From: Myxococcota bacterium
GTDB lineage: Bacteria; Myxococcota_A; UBA9160; SMWR01
Length of the DNA stretch: 64,000 nt
Assembly: GCA_035541475.1 (NCBI GenBank)
Contig: DATKND010000054.1
Location: 4,069 to 68,068 of the forward strand
Direction: 5' to 3'
Below, one piece after another: positions 54,801-63,417 of the stretch; position 1 is the stretch's first letter; each line of letters opens with the position of its first letter. The notes under the pieces are model-generated. The model made no database searches. It saw nothing but the letters and a program-made list of their open reading frames with translations, and was not told where the DNA came from. The position numbers and the translations under genes were made by a program.

Positions 54801-56402
54801 TCAGGCGAGATCCGCCGCGGCGCGCGCGCGCAGCTCGTCCTTCACGACCTTGCCGGTCGCGTTGGTGGGCAGGGCTGGCACGGCCACCACGTGCCGCGGG
54901 ACCTTGTAGTTCGCGAGTCGCTCGCGCGCCCAGCCGATGATCGCGGCGGCGTCGACGGAGCGCCCCGGCGCGGCGACGACGTACGCCATCGCGACCTCGC
55001 CCATGCGCGCGTCGGGCACGCCGATCACCGCGACCTGACCGATGGACTCGTGCGCGAGCAGCGCATTCTCGACCTCGGCCGGGTACACGTTGAAGCCGCC
55101 GACGATCAGCATGTCCTTCGAACGCCCGACGATGCGGACGTAGCCGCGCTCGTCCATCGTCGCCAGATCACCCGTGTGCAGGAAGCCGCGCGCGTCGATG
55201 GCCGCGGCCGTCGCCTCCGGATCGTCGAGGTAGCCCTGCATCACGCTGTAGCCGCGGACGAGCAGCTCGCCCGTCGTCCCGCGCTCTACTTCCTCTCCCT
55301 TCGTGTCGGCCACGAGGATCTCGAGGCCGTCCATCGCGCGCCCGGCCGTCGTCGCGATCGTCTCGGCGTCGTCATCCGGTCTCGACCCCGTGCACGTGCC
55401 GGCCTCGGTGAGCCCGTAGCCGGTGAGGATCGAGCGGAACGGCAGCTCCGCGCGCATCTCGCGGATCAGCTCGACGGGGATGTCGGCCGCACCGGTGACG
55501 GCGACCCGCAAGGTGCGGAGGTCGAACTTCTTGCGGTCGCGGTGGTCGAGGATCGAGCGGTAGACGGTGGGTGCCCCGGGCAGCACGGTGATTCGCTCCT
55601 TCTCGACCAGGGACAGGACTTCGGGAACGTCGAAGACGGGAACCGGGACGATCGTCGCGCCTCGCAAGAGACACGCGAGCCACCCTGCCTTGTACCCGAA
55701 CATGTGGAAGAACGGGTTTACGATCAGATAGCGATCGTCCCGACGGAGCCCGGCGAAATCGCACCACTGCCGGAACTGCTCGACGGTCTGGCCGTGGGTC
55801 ATGACGACGCCCTTCGGTCGGCCCGTCGTGCCGGACGTGAACAGCACGTCGCTCGGGTCGCCTGGTCGGACGCCGGCCCGGCGCTCCGCATGCGCGGCGG
55901 CGGAGACTTCGCGCGCGCGCGCCGTGAAGACGTGCCAGCTCACGACCTCGACACCCTTCGGCGCCTCCCCGGCGCGCGCCGAGCCGTCGAGCAGCACGAT
56001 CCGGCGCAGGTGGGGAAGCGGCGCGCCGACCGCGCCTAGCATCGCGACCGGATCGATGCCGAGGAAGCCGATCGTCGTGACGAGCAGCATCGCCTTCGAA
56101 GCCGACAGCACGTACGCCGCTTCCGCGCCCTTGAAGCGCATGTTGATCGGCACGAGCGACGCGCCGGCGGATTGCGCGCCGAGCGCGGCCACGATCCAGC
56201 CGAGCCCGTTCGGCGCCTGGATCGCGACGCGATCTCCCGGCTGCACGCCGGCCGCGATCATCGCGCGCGTCGAGATGCTCACGAGCTCGCCGAGCTCGCG
56301 GTAGGTGACGCGTCGAGCGCGCTCCACGACGGCCTCGGCATCGGGCCGCGCCGCGATGCTCGCCGCCACGGCGCCGGGGATCGTCTCCTGCTCGCTCCTC
56401 AC
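54801..56402 (-). CDS. AMP-dependent acyl-CoA synthetase/ligase (FadD3-like)
   Basis: GTGA overlap with the thiolase stop. VLFTSGTTGRPKGV, GYGLTE, GFLHTGD, ATGKVVK. Confidence 0.85.
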   Translation of the reverse strand: MRSEQETIPGAVAASIAARPDAEAVVERARRVTYRELGELVSISTRAMIAAGVQPGDRVAIQAPNGLGWIVAALGAQSAGASLVPINMRFKGAEAAYVLSASKAMLLVTTIGFLGIDPVAMLGAVGAPLPHLRRIVLLDGSARAGEAPKGVEVVSWHVFTARAREVSAAAHAERRAGVRPGDPSDVLFTSGTTGRPKGVVMTHGQTVEQFRQWCDFAGLRRDDRYLIVNPFFHMFGYKAGWLACLLRGATIVPVPVFDVPEVLSLVEKERITVLPGAPTVYRSILDHRDRKKFDLRTLRVAVTGAADIPVELIREMRAELPFRSILTGYGLTEAGTCTGSRPDDDAETIATTAGRAMDGLEILVADTKGEEVERGTTGELLVRGYSVMQGYLDDPEATAAAIDARGFLHTGDLATMDERGYVRIVGRSKDMLIVGGFNVYPAEVENALLAHESIGQVAVIGVPDARMGEVAMAYVVAAPGRSVDAAAIIGWARERLANYKVPRHVVAVPALPTNATGKVVKDELRARAAADLA

Positions 56403-57541
56403 AGCGACAGGATCGACACGCCCGCGACGCCGGGAGCGCCGTACAGCTGCGTGTAGCCGACCTTCGGATCGCCGGGCACCTGTCGCTCACCCGCGCGTCC
56501 GCGGAGCTGGAGCACGACCTCGTGCACCTGGCGCAGCCCCGACGCGCCGATCGGCTCGCCGTTCGCGAGGAGACCCCCGTCGGTGTTGACCGGCAGCCCG
56601 CCGCCGATCTCGAGCTCGCCTTCCGCCACCAGCTTCTCCTGCTCGCCGTCGGCGCAGAAGCCGTTCTCGGCGAGGTGGATCACCTCGGCGCCGGCGTCCG
56701 TGTCCTGGAGCTGGATCACGTCCACGTCCTCGGGACCGATCCCGGCCGTCTCGTAGGCCGCGCGCGACGCGTCGACGGTCGGGCCCGACGTCTCCTCGAT
56801 CGGCAGCCACGGGCTGTGCACCTCGAAGGCCCCGAGCCGGCGCGTGCGGACCGCGCTGGCGCGGAGGTAGATCGGCTTGTCGGTGTAGCGGTGTGCGCGG
56901 TCGGCGCGGCACAGCACGACGGCCGCGGCGCCCTCGTCGGGGCTGCAGAACATGTACTGCGTGAGCGGATGGTTCAGCATCCGCGATCCGAGGATCTCCG
57001 CCTCCGAGAGCGGCTTGCGGCGGAAGGCGTTCGGGTTGAGAGCGCCGTTGCGGTAGCTCTTCGCGGCGACGCGCGCGAGCGTCGCCTGCGAGATGCCGTG
57101 GTCGTGCATGTACTTGTTGATCTTCATCCCGAAGAACTTGGTCGTGACGAACTGACCGAGCTCCCCGTACCACGACGGACACGCGTACAGGCGCGGATCG
57201 GAGCTGAAGGCGCCGGGCGGATGCTTGTCCATGCCGACGGCGATTCCGAGGTCGGAGTCGCCGAGCCGGATCGTGCTCGCCGCCAGATTCAGCACGCTCG
57301 CCGCGGTCGCGCAGCCGTTGTAGACGTTGTTGAACGGGATACCCGTGAGGCCGAGCAGCGCGACCACCGCGTCCGGGTTGTCGATCTCGTAGCTCCCGGC
57401 GAACGCGAACTGGATGTCGCGCCACGCGACGCCGGCGTCGGCGAGCGCGCGGCGGATCGCGATGGCGCCCATCTCGATGCCGGTCACGTCCTTGAAACGG
57501 CCGAACGGATGCAGCCCGACTCCGACGATCGCGACGTCCAC
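56399..57541 (-). CDS. Thiolase-fold lipid-transfer (SCP-x/Ltp-type) protein
   Basis: MDVAIVGVGLHPFGRF, NNVYNGCATAA, and a C-terminal GEPIGASGLRQ. Confidence 0.8.
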   Translation of the reverse strand: MDVAIVGVGLHPFGRFKDVTGIEMGAIAIRRALADAGVAWRDIQFAFAGSYEIDNPDAVVALLGLTGIPFNNVYNGCATAASVLNLAASTIRLGDSDLGIAVGMDKHPPGAFSSDPRLYACPSWYGELGQFVTTKFFGMKINKYMHDHGISQATLARVAAKSYRNGALNPNAFRRKPLSEAEILGSRMLNHPLTQYMFCSPDEGAAAVVLCRADRAHRYTDKPIYLRASAVRTRRLGAFEVHSPWLPIEETSGPTVDASRAAYETAGIGPEDVDVIQLQDTDAGAEVIHLAENGFCADGEQEKLVAEGELEIGGGLPVNTDGGLLANGEPIGASGLRQVHEVVLQLRGRAGERQVPGDPKVGYTQLYGAPGVAGVSILSL

Positions 57542-57562
57542 TCCGAGACCTCCCTGATTCGA

Positions 57563-57979
57563 CTAGCTCACCGGCCGGAACGCGAAGGTGACGACTTCGT
57601 TGCCGTCGCCGTCGGTGCGGAACGGCACGACCACGAGCTCCATGTCCATGCCGATGCGGAGCCCGTCCGCCTGGGTGAGGCGCGCTTCGACCCGCACCTC
57701 GTCGCCGAGCTCGACGTAGCCGACGCCGTACGGCACGAACGCGTCGCCCGTCGGCCCCGCGTAGGGTGGCGACGGCGGCGGAAAGTCCTGCGTGGTCCAG
57801 GCCCAGAGCCGTCCGCGCCGGGGCAGCAGGCGCTCGGCCATCTCGGTCGACGCGCAGCGCGGACAGGAGTCCTGCGCGGGGAAGGTCACGATGCCGCACG
57901 CGGCGCACCGGCTCCCGATCAGCTGCGGATCGTCAGCGGGCCAGGTGAACACGCCCTTCGCCACGGGGATTCGCGCCAT
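57563..57979 (-). CDS. DUF35 Zn-ribbon/OB-fold protein (thiolase/aldolase partner)
   Basis: The ATG shares 1 nt with the upstream TGA. Zn ribbon CAACGIVTFPAQDSCPRC followed by an OB-fold-length tail. Confidence 0.8.
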   Translation of the reverse strand: MARIPVAKGVFTWPADDPQLIGSRCAACGIVTFPAQDSCPRCASTEMAERLLPRRGRLWAWTTQDFPPPSPPYAGPTGDAFVPYGVGYVELGDEVRVEARLTQADGLRIGMDMELVVVPFRTDGDGNEVVTFAFRPVS

Positions 57980-58812
57980 CACTTCTTCTTCCACAGATCC
58001 GGATCGTTCCACGCGCGGTCGAGCGGCCGCATGCCGCCGCCGTATGCCGTGAACTGCGTCATGCCGAGAAGCTCCATCGTCTGTCCGTACCCCAGGTCGT
58101 TGACCGCGGCGCGCTTGAACTCCTGGACGAAGGTCCGGCGCGTGTGGCGGAGCACCATCGGCGAGAAGCGCAGCAGATAGCGCGCGATCTCCCAGGCGCG
58201 ATCCATCAGCGCCGCCCGCGGCAGCACCTCGTTCACCGCGCCCCACTCGTGCGCCATCTGCGCCGTGATCTTCTGTCCCATCAGCTGCGCATAGCGCCAG
58301 CGATTGCGGCCCAGCACCAGCGGCCAGATGTTCTGGATGCCGTCGCCGGGAGAGAGGTTCCGCGGGAAGTGCGCCATGTCCTGGAACCACGCGTCGTCGG
58401 AGGCGAGCACGATGTCGCACATCAGCGCCAGTTCGGAGTGGATGTTCGACGGCCCGTTCACCGCCGCGATCATGATGGCATCGATCTCCAGCAGATTGAT
58501 GTGCCGGAGCCGCCCGTACCATCCCATCTCCTCCGCCCACTCGGGCGGACCCGCGAACGCTGGCCGATTGCTCTCGCGTCCCCACGTCGCGTTGAACGTG
58601 TCGCCGGTGCCGGTGTAGATGACGACGCGCACGTCGCGATCGCCCGCGACGTCGTTGAAGAGATTCGCGATGTCGTGATGCGTGCGCTCGTCCCACACCG
58701 CGGGGCCGCCGTCGCGGTGCATGCGCATCAGCAGGATGCCATCGTCGGTCTTCTCGAGCGCGAAGTCGGGGTACCGGTCGCGGTACTCCTCGAAGCGGGT
58801 CAGGCGCGGCAC
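57979..58812 (-). CDS. Enoyl-CoA hydratase/isomerase (crotonase) family protein
   Basis: GTG start. VRVVIYTGTGDTFNA, then the crotonase-fold length. Confidence 0.75.
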   Translation of the reverse strand: MPRLTRFEEYRDRYPDFALEKTDDGILLMRMHRDGGPAVWDERTHHDIANLFNDVAGDRDVRVVIYTGTGDTFNATWGRESNRPAFAGPPEWAEEMGWYGRLRHINLLEIDAIMIAAVNGPSNIHSELALMCDIVLASDDAWFQDMAHFPRNLSPGDGIQNIWPLVLGRNRWRYAQLMGQKITAQMAHEWGAVNEVLPRAALMDRAWEIARYLLRFSPMVLRHTRRTFVQEFKRAAVNDLGYGQTMELLGMTQFTAYGGGMRPLDRAWNDPDLWKKK

Positions 58813-58831
58813 GGGCGGGATCTCCTCGCGG

Positions 58832-59167
58832 TCACGGGCGCGGCTCGCGGATGCGGTCGATGCGTGCGGATCCGCAATCGACGACTTCCGGCTGTCGCCA
58901 CACTTCCACCGCGTACGACACCATGAGCAACGAGTGCAGGAGCTGGAGCAGGCGCAGGGCGTCGGCCGGCAGGTCGTCGAGCGGGAAGCGTTCGCACCAG
59001 GCGATCGCCTCCTCGGCGCGCGGGAAGAAGGCGTCGTAGAAGGCCTGCAGCTCCGGCATCGGGCTCGCGAGGCGACGCGCCCAGCGCTCGGGCTCCGTCG
59101 CCAGACACCACGTGCGCGCCCACGGCTCGAGCGCCGCGAAGGCGGCCGGAAGGAGGGCGTCGCTCAT
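58832..59167 (-). CDS. Small conserved partner of Rieske oxygenase 1 (111 aa, unknown family)
   Basis: ATGA overlap with the Rieske stop. It is a clear paralogue of 62633..62971, sharing WCL..EP.R.A.RLAS.M.E.Q.FYDA..PRAEEAI.....FP.DDLP.DALRLL.LL.SL......VE.WRQP. Confidence 0.7.
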   Translation of the reverse strand: MSDALLPAAFAALEPWARTWCLATEPERWARRLASPMPELQAFYDAFFPRAEEAIAWCERFPLDDLPADALRLLQLLHSLLMVSYAVEVWRQPEVVDCGSARIDRIREPRP

Positions 59168-60432
59168 CGCGTCGCCTCCGCGGCGCGTTCGCGCCAGGCC
59201 TCGACCCAGTCGCCGACCGTCTTGTGGAAGTGGCGGACCAGGATCTCCTGGTCGCAGAGCGGGAACTCGGCGAACGCGCGCTGCTCGAGCCCCATCTGCG
59301 TGCCGTCGAGCGTGCCGCAGTCTCGCAGGCCGTACTCCTTGAACGTCAGCGCGGCGTACTCGTGCGCGAGCCGCTCGCGAGCCGTGCGCGCCGGCGCGAA
59401 GTGGAGATCGCCCTCGAAGACGTGCGTGTGGTGCGACGTCGGCCAGTAGCGATACGTGACGTACCAGCCGCGCTCGTAGATCAGCATCTCGAGATTCGGG
59501 AAGACCTGGAAGTTGTCGATGCCCCAGCGCGACGTGCCCGACGGGTTGACACCGGCGAGCGGGCCGAGATCCGGCGCGTCCCATGGGCCCGTGTTCCCGC
59601 TGCGCGTCAGCGCCTCGGCCGGGTAGAGGTGCTCCTTCGGCCAGGTGTGCTTGTGCGTGCCGCTCGTCGACACCATGCGGTGAGGGCCGTCGATCTGGTA
59701 GTGCGCGGCCTCGAACGGGTACTCCGGGTTCCGCGCCTCCGGGGTCGGGCCGAGCTGGTGCGTGTGCAGCGGCGCGACGTGGTAGTACTCCTGGAAGGCG
59801 TCGACGAAGATCTTCCAGTTGCTCCCGTTCTCCGCGCGGAACGAGTAGCGCTCGGTCATCCGCTCGAAGGGATAGCCCTCGAGCGCGCCGACCATCGGCC
59901 CGAGGTAGTCGCGCAGGCTCCACTCCGGCTCGCGGGCCAGGTTCACGAAGATGAAGCCGGCCCACGTGTCGCAGTGGACCGGCGCGAGGCCGAGCGCGTC
60001 CTTGCGCAGCCCGAAGAACTCGTTCTCCTGGTGCACGTAGGTGCAGACGCCGTCGAGGCCGTAGCGCCAGCCGTGGTACCGACAGACGAGCTGGCGCGCG
60101 CGGCCGCACGCCTCGCCTCGCGGCGTGCCGTCCCACACCAGCTTGTTGCCGCGGTGGCGACACACGTTGTGCAACGCGCGGATCCGACCGTCCGCCGCAC
60201 GGGTCACGAGGATCGACGTCCCGACACCGGGCAGATCCTTCGTGAAGAACGTCCCGTCCCGATCGAGCTGCTCGACGCGACCGACGTTCAGCCAGGCCCG
60301 CTTGAAGATCGCCTCGCGCTCCTGCTCGAAGAACGCGGGCGAAACCGAGTCCTCGAACGAGACGAGGCCCGTGCCGAGCTCGGGATGGTGCGCCGTCCAG
60401 CTGCCCTCCGGCGGCCTCGCGAAACGCGCCAT
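59164..60432 (-). CDS. Rieske [2Fe-2S] non-heme-iron oxygenase, alpha-type subunit (copy 1)
   Basis: ATG with GGAGG 5 nt upstream. Rieske motif CRHRGNKLVW...CRYHGWRY. Catalytic-domain motif DAFQEYYHVAPLH. Confidence 0.85.
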   Translation of the reverse strand: MARFARPPEGSWTAHHPELGTGLVSFEDSVSPAFFEQEREAIFKRAWLNVGRVEQLDRDGTFFTKDLPGVGTSILVTRAADGRIRALHNVCRHRGNKLVWDGTPRGEACGRARQLVCRYHGWRYGLDGVCTYVHQENEFFGLRKDALGLAPVHCDTWAGFIFVNLAREPEWSLRDYLGPMVGALEGYPFERMTERYSFRAENGSNWKIFVDAFQEYYHVAPLHTHQLGPTPEARNPEYPFEAAHYQIDGPHRMVSTSGTHKHTWPKEHLYPAEALTRSGNTGPWDAPDLGPLAGVNPSGTSRWGIDNFQVFPNLEMLIYERGWYVTYRYWPTSHHTHVFEGDLHFAPARTARERLAHEYAALTFKEYGLRDCGTLDGTQMGLEQRAFAEFPLCDQEILVRHFHKTVGDWVEAWRERAAEATR

Positions 60433-60498
60433 CCTCGCCTCCGCGTCCCGTGGCCGTCACGCCGCCGGGAATGCCATTCTCTCGTTCCGAGAACATTG

Positions 60499-60528
60499 TT
60501 GCATAGACGGTCGCGCCTGGTCCATAAT
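60499..60528 (+). promoter_or_regulatory. Sigma-70-like promoter candidate
   Basis: TTGCAT-N18-CATAAT in the 133-bp divergent intergenic region. The -10 element ends 37 nt before GTG 60566. Confidence 0.35.
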
Positions 60529-60565
60529 CGCGCGACCGCAACGCATCGGGGGCAGCGGAGGCAGC

Positions 60566-61315
60566 GTGGGCGACCGGGTCGCGGTGGTGACGGGGGCCGC
60601 GTCGGGCATGGGGCTCGCGATCGCCCGGCACTTCGCGGCGCTCGGCGATCGCGTCGGCCTGCTCGACCGCGACGGCGACGCGGCGCTGCGCGCGGCCAAG
60701 GATCTGCGCGAGGCGGGCGCCTCCGCGCTCGCCATCGAGACCGATGTCACCGACCGCTGCGCCGTCGACGCCGCCTTCGACGAGGTGCGCGCGCAGCTCG
60801 GACCCGTCGCGATCGCGGTCACGAGCGCGGGCCTCGATGCGTTCGAGCCATTCACGAAGATCTCGCCGGAGAGCTGGGAGCGCGTCGTCGCCGTCAACCT
60901 GACCGGCACGTTCCACTGCCTCCAGGCCGCGGTGCCCGACATGCTCGCGGCCCGCTGGGGCCGCATGGTCACGATCGCGTCGTCGAGCGCGCAGTCGGGC
61001 GCCGCGCGCATGGCGCACTACGTCGCGTCCAAGGCGGGTGTGATCGGGCTGACGAAGGCGCTCGCACTCGAGCTCGCGCCGTTCGGGATCACCGTCAACA
61101 CGATTCCGCCGGGCATGATCGACACGCCGATGCTGCGGCGCGCCGAGGCCGCCGGCGACGTGATGAAGCTCGAGAAGCTCGTCCCGCGCATGATCCCGGT
61201 CGGACGAGCCGGAACTCCCGAGGACATCGCGGCGACGTGCGGCTTCCTCTGCTCGGACGAGGCGGGCTTCATCACCGGTCAGGTCGTCGGCGTCAACGGC
61301 GGGATGGTCCTTTGA
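60566..61315 (+). CDS. SDR-family oxidoreductase (FabG-like)
   Basis: GTG 60566 with GGAG 5 nt upstream. VAVVTGAASGMGLAIA, YVASKAGVIGLTKALALE, VNGGM. Confidence 0.85.
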   Translation: MGDRVAVVTGAASGMGLAIARHFAALGDRVGLLDRDGDAALRAAKDLREAGASALAIETDVTDRCAVDAAFDEVRAQLGPVAIAVTSAGLDAFEPFTKISPESWERVVAVNLTGTFHCLQAAVPDMLAARWGRMVTIASSSAQSGAARMAHYVASKAGVIGLTKALALELAPFGITVNTIPPGMIDTPMLRRAEAAGDVMKLEKLVPRMIPVGRAGTPEDIAATCGFLCSDEAGFITGQVVGVNGGMVL

Positions 61316-61331
61316 ACGAGGAGGCGCGGAG

Positions 61332-62636
61332 ATGTCCGAAGCCCTGAAGGTCCCGAAGCAAGCGGCGAGGCAATACCCGAAGCCTCCCGAGGGAAGCTGG
61401 ACGGAGCATTATTCCGAGCTCGACACCGATCCGGTGTCGTACGAGAGCTCGATCTCTCCCAAGTTCTTCGAGCTCGAGCGCGAGGCGATCTTCAAGCGGG
61501 CCTGGCTGAACGTCGGGCGGGTCGAGCAGCTGCGGCGCAAGGGCAGCTACTTCACGCGGGAGCTCGCGGTGGCGAAGGCCTCGCTGATCATCGTCCGGGG
61601 CATGGACGACGAGATCCGCGCCTTCCACAACGTGTGCCGCCACCGAGGCAACAAGCTGGTCTGGAGCGAGGACCCGCGCGTGGAGACGAGCGGCAGCTGC
61701 CGCCAGTTCGCGTGCAAGTACCACGGCTGGCGGTACGAGCTCGATGGGAAGCTCTCGTTCGTGCTCCAGGAGGGCGAGTTCTTCGGGATCGACAAGAGCC
61801 GGTACGGCCTGGTGTCGGTCCACTGCGCGGTGTGGAAGGGGTTCATTTTCGTGAACCTCGCCGAGCAGCCGGCCCAGTCGCTGCGCGAGTACCTCGGACC
61901 GATGATCACCGCGATCGACTATCCGTTCGAGAAGCTGACACAGCGGTACTACTACCGAGGCGACATCCGCAGCAACTGGAAGGTCTTTCTCGACGCGTTC
62001 CAGGAGTTCTACCACCCGCCGATCCTCCACGGGCGGCAGAACCCGGTCATGCGTCAGGCCGACTACCGCGACAAGGGCTTCTACACGAGTCACTTCCAGA
62101 TCGACGGCCCGCATCGCGTCGGCTCCACGAGCGGAGGCGCGGGCGGCAAGCTGGTGCCGGAGTTCTACAACCCGATCGAGCAGGTGATGCGTAGCGGCCT
62201 GTTCGGTCCCTGGGACGCGTCCGAGATCGTGACCGGCCAGCTGCCGCCGGGTCTCAATCCGGGCAAGAAGAAGAACTGGGGTCTCGACTCGTTCCAGATC
62301 TTCCCGAACTTCGCGATCGTGTTCTGGGAGACGGGCTGGTACCTCACCTATCACTACTGGCCCGTCGCGCACGATCGGCTGATCTTCGAGGCGAACGCCT
62401 ACTTCACGCCGCCGCGCAATGTGCGCGAACGCCTCGCCCAGCAGCTCGGCATCGCGACCATCAAGGAGTACGCGCTCGAGGACTGCGGCACGCTCGAGGC
62501 GACGCAGATGGGGCTCGAATCGCGCGTGGTCTCGACCTTCCCGCTCGGCGACCAGGAGTTCATGTGCCGACACCTGAACCGGGTCGTCCACAACTGGGTC
62601 GAGGACTACCAGCGAAAGCAGGCGGAGGGCCGATGA
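61332..62636 (+). CDS. Rieske [2Fe-2S] non-heme-iron oxygenase, alpha-type subunit (copy 2)
   Basis: CRHRGNKLVW...CKYHGWRY and DAFQEFYHPPILH. Collinear with copy 1 over its full length. Confidence 0.85.
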   Translation: MSEALKVPKQAARQYPKPPEGSWTEHYSELDTDPVSYESSISPKFFELEREAIFKRAWLNVGRVEQLRRKGSYFTRELAVAKASLIIVRGMDDEIRAFHNVCRHRGNKLVWSEDPRVETSGSCRQFACKYHGWRYELDGKLSFVLQEGEFFGIDKSRYGLVSVHCAVWKGFIFVNLAEQPAQSLREYLGPMITAIDYPFEKLTQRYYYRGDIRSNWKVFLDAFQEFYHPPILHGRQNPVMRQADYRDKGFYTSHFQIDGPHRVGSTSGGAGGKLVPEFYNPIEQVMRSGLFGPWDASEIVTGQLPPGLNPGKKKNWGLDSFQIFPNFAIVFWETGWYLTYHYWPVAHDRLIFEANAYFTPPRNVRERLAQQLGIATIKEYALEDCGTLEATQMGLESRVVSTFPLGDQEFMCRHLNRVVHNWVEDYQRKQAEGR

Positions 62637-62971
62637 TGGGCGCTGCGCGGCTGCCGGCCGAGTTCTCCGATCTCGAGCGCTTCGTCCACGACTGGTGCCT
62701 CGACGGCGAGCCCCAGCGCTACGCCAAGCGCCTCGCCAGCACGATGGACGAGATCCAGGAGTTCTACGACGCGATCATGCCGCGCGCCGAGGAAGCGATC
62801 CGCTATCTCGAGAAGTTCCCGATCGACGATCTTCCGGACGACGCGCTCCGGCTGCTCAAGCTGCTGTACTCGCTGATCGTGATCTCGTTTCCCGTCGAGA
62901 TCTGGCGGCAGCCCCAGATCCCGGATACGCACCTGGCCCAGTTCGAGCTGAAGATCGAACCGCTCCCGTGA
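62633..62971 (+). CDS. Small conserved partner of Rieske oxygenase 2 (112 aa, unknown family)
   Basis: ATGA overlap with the Rieske stop. Paralogue of 58832..59167. Confidence 0.7.
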   Translation: MMGAARLPAEFSDLERFVHDWCLDGEPQRYAKRLASTMDEIQEFYDAIMPRAEEAIRYLEKFPIDDLPDDALRLLKLLYSLIVISFPVEIWRQPQIPDTHLAQFELKIEPLP

Positions 62972-63414
62972 GCGGCAACCCGCAGCGGATCGCCGACCTC
63001 GTCGAGATCCACGCGCTGTGCGCGCGCTACATGGCGTACGCGAGTCGCTTCGTGCTCGACCGCTGGCTCGACGTCTTCACGCCGGACATCGAATACAGCG
63101 CCTTCGGCACGGCGTTCACGCTCGAGCGCTTTCCCGCGCTGCTGGAAGCGGCGCCGCGCGGCCAGTTCATCGGCAACATGCCGGTGGTCGAGCTCGACGG
63201 CGATCGCGCGACCGGCACGCAGCACTTCGTGTTCATCGACCAGCGGACGCACGCGATGCGCCTCGGCTGGTATCGCGACGAGTACGTGCGCACGGCGGAC
63301 GGATGGCGAATCCGTCGGCGCGCGACCACGTTCCTGCGCAAGCACGGCGGAGTCGACTCTGGGCGGCAGCACGATCCGCTCGCGGCGCCCGAGCCGGGAC
63401 GAGACGACGGCTGA
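62968..63414 (+). CDS. SnoaL/NTF2-like fold protein
   Basis: GTGA overlap. IADLVEIHALCARYMAYASRFVLDRWLDVFTPDIEY...TGTQHFVFID...YRDEYVRTADGWRI. Confidence 0.65.
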   Translation: MSGNPQRIADLVEIHALCARYMAYASRFVLDRWLDVFTPDIEYSAFGTAFTLERFPALLEAAPRGQFIGNMPVVELDGDRATGTQHFVFIDQRTHAMRLGWYRDEYVRTADGWRIRRRATTFLRKHGGVDSGRQHDPLAAPEPGRDDG

Positions 63415-63417
63415 CGC

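Noticed and set aside
60477-60493. TTCTC-N7-GAGAA inverted repeat just upstream of the -35 candidate
   Set aside because: The arms are only 5 bp, which is not distinguishable from chance.
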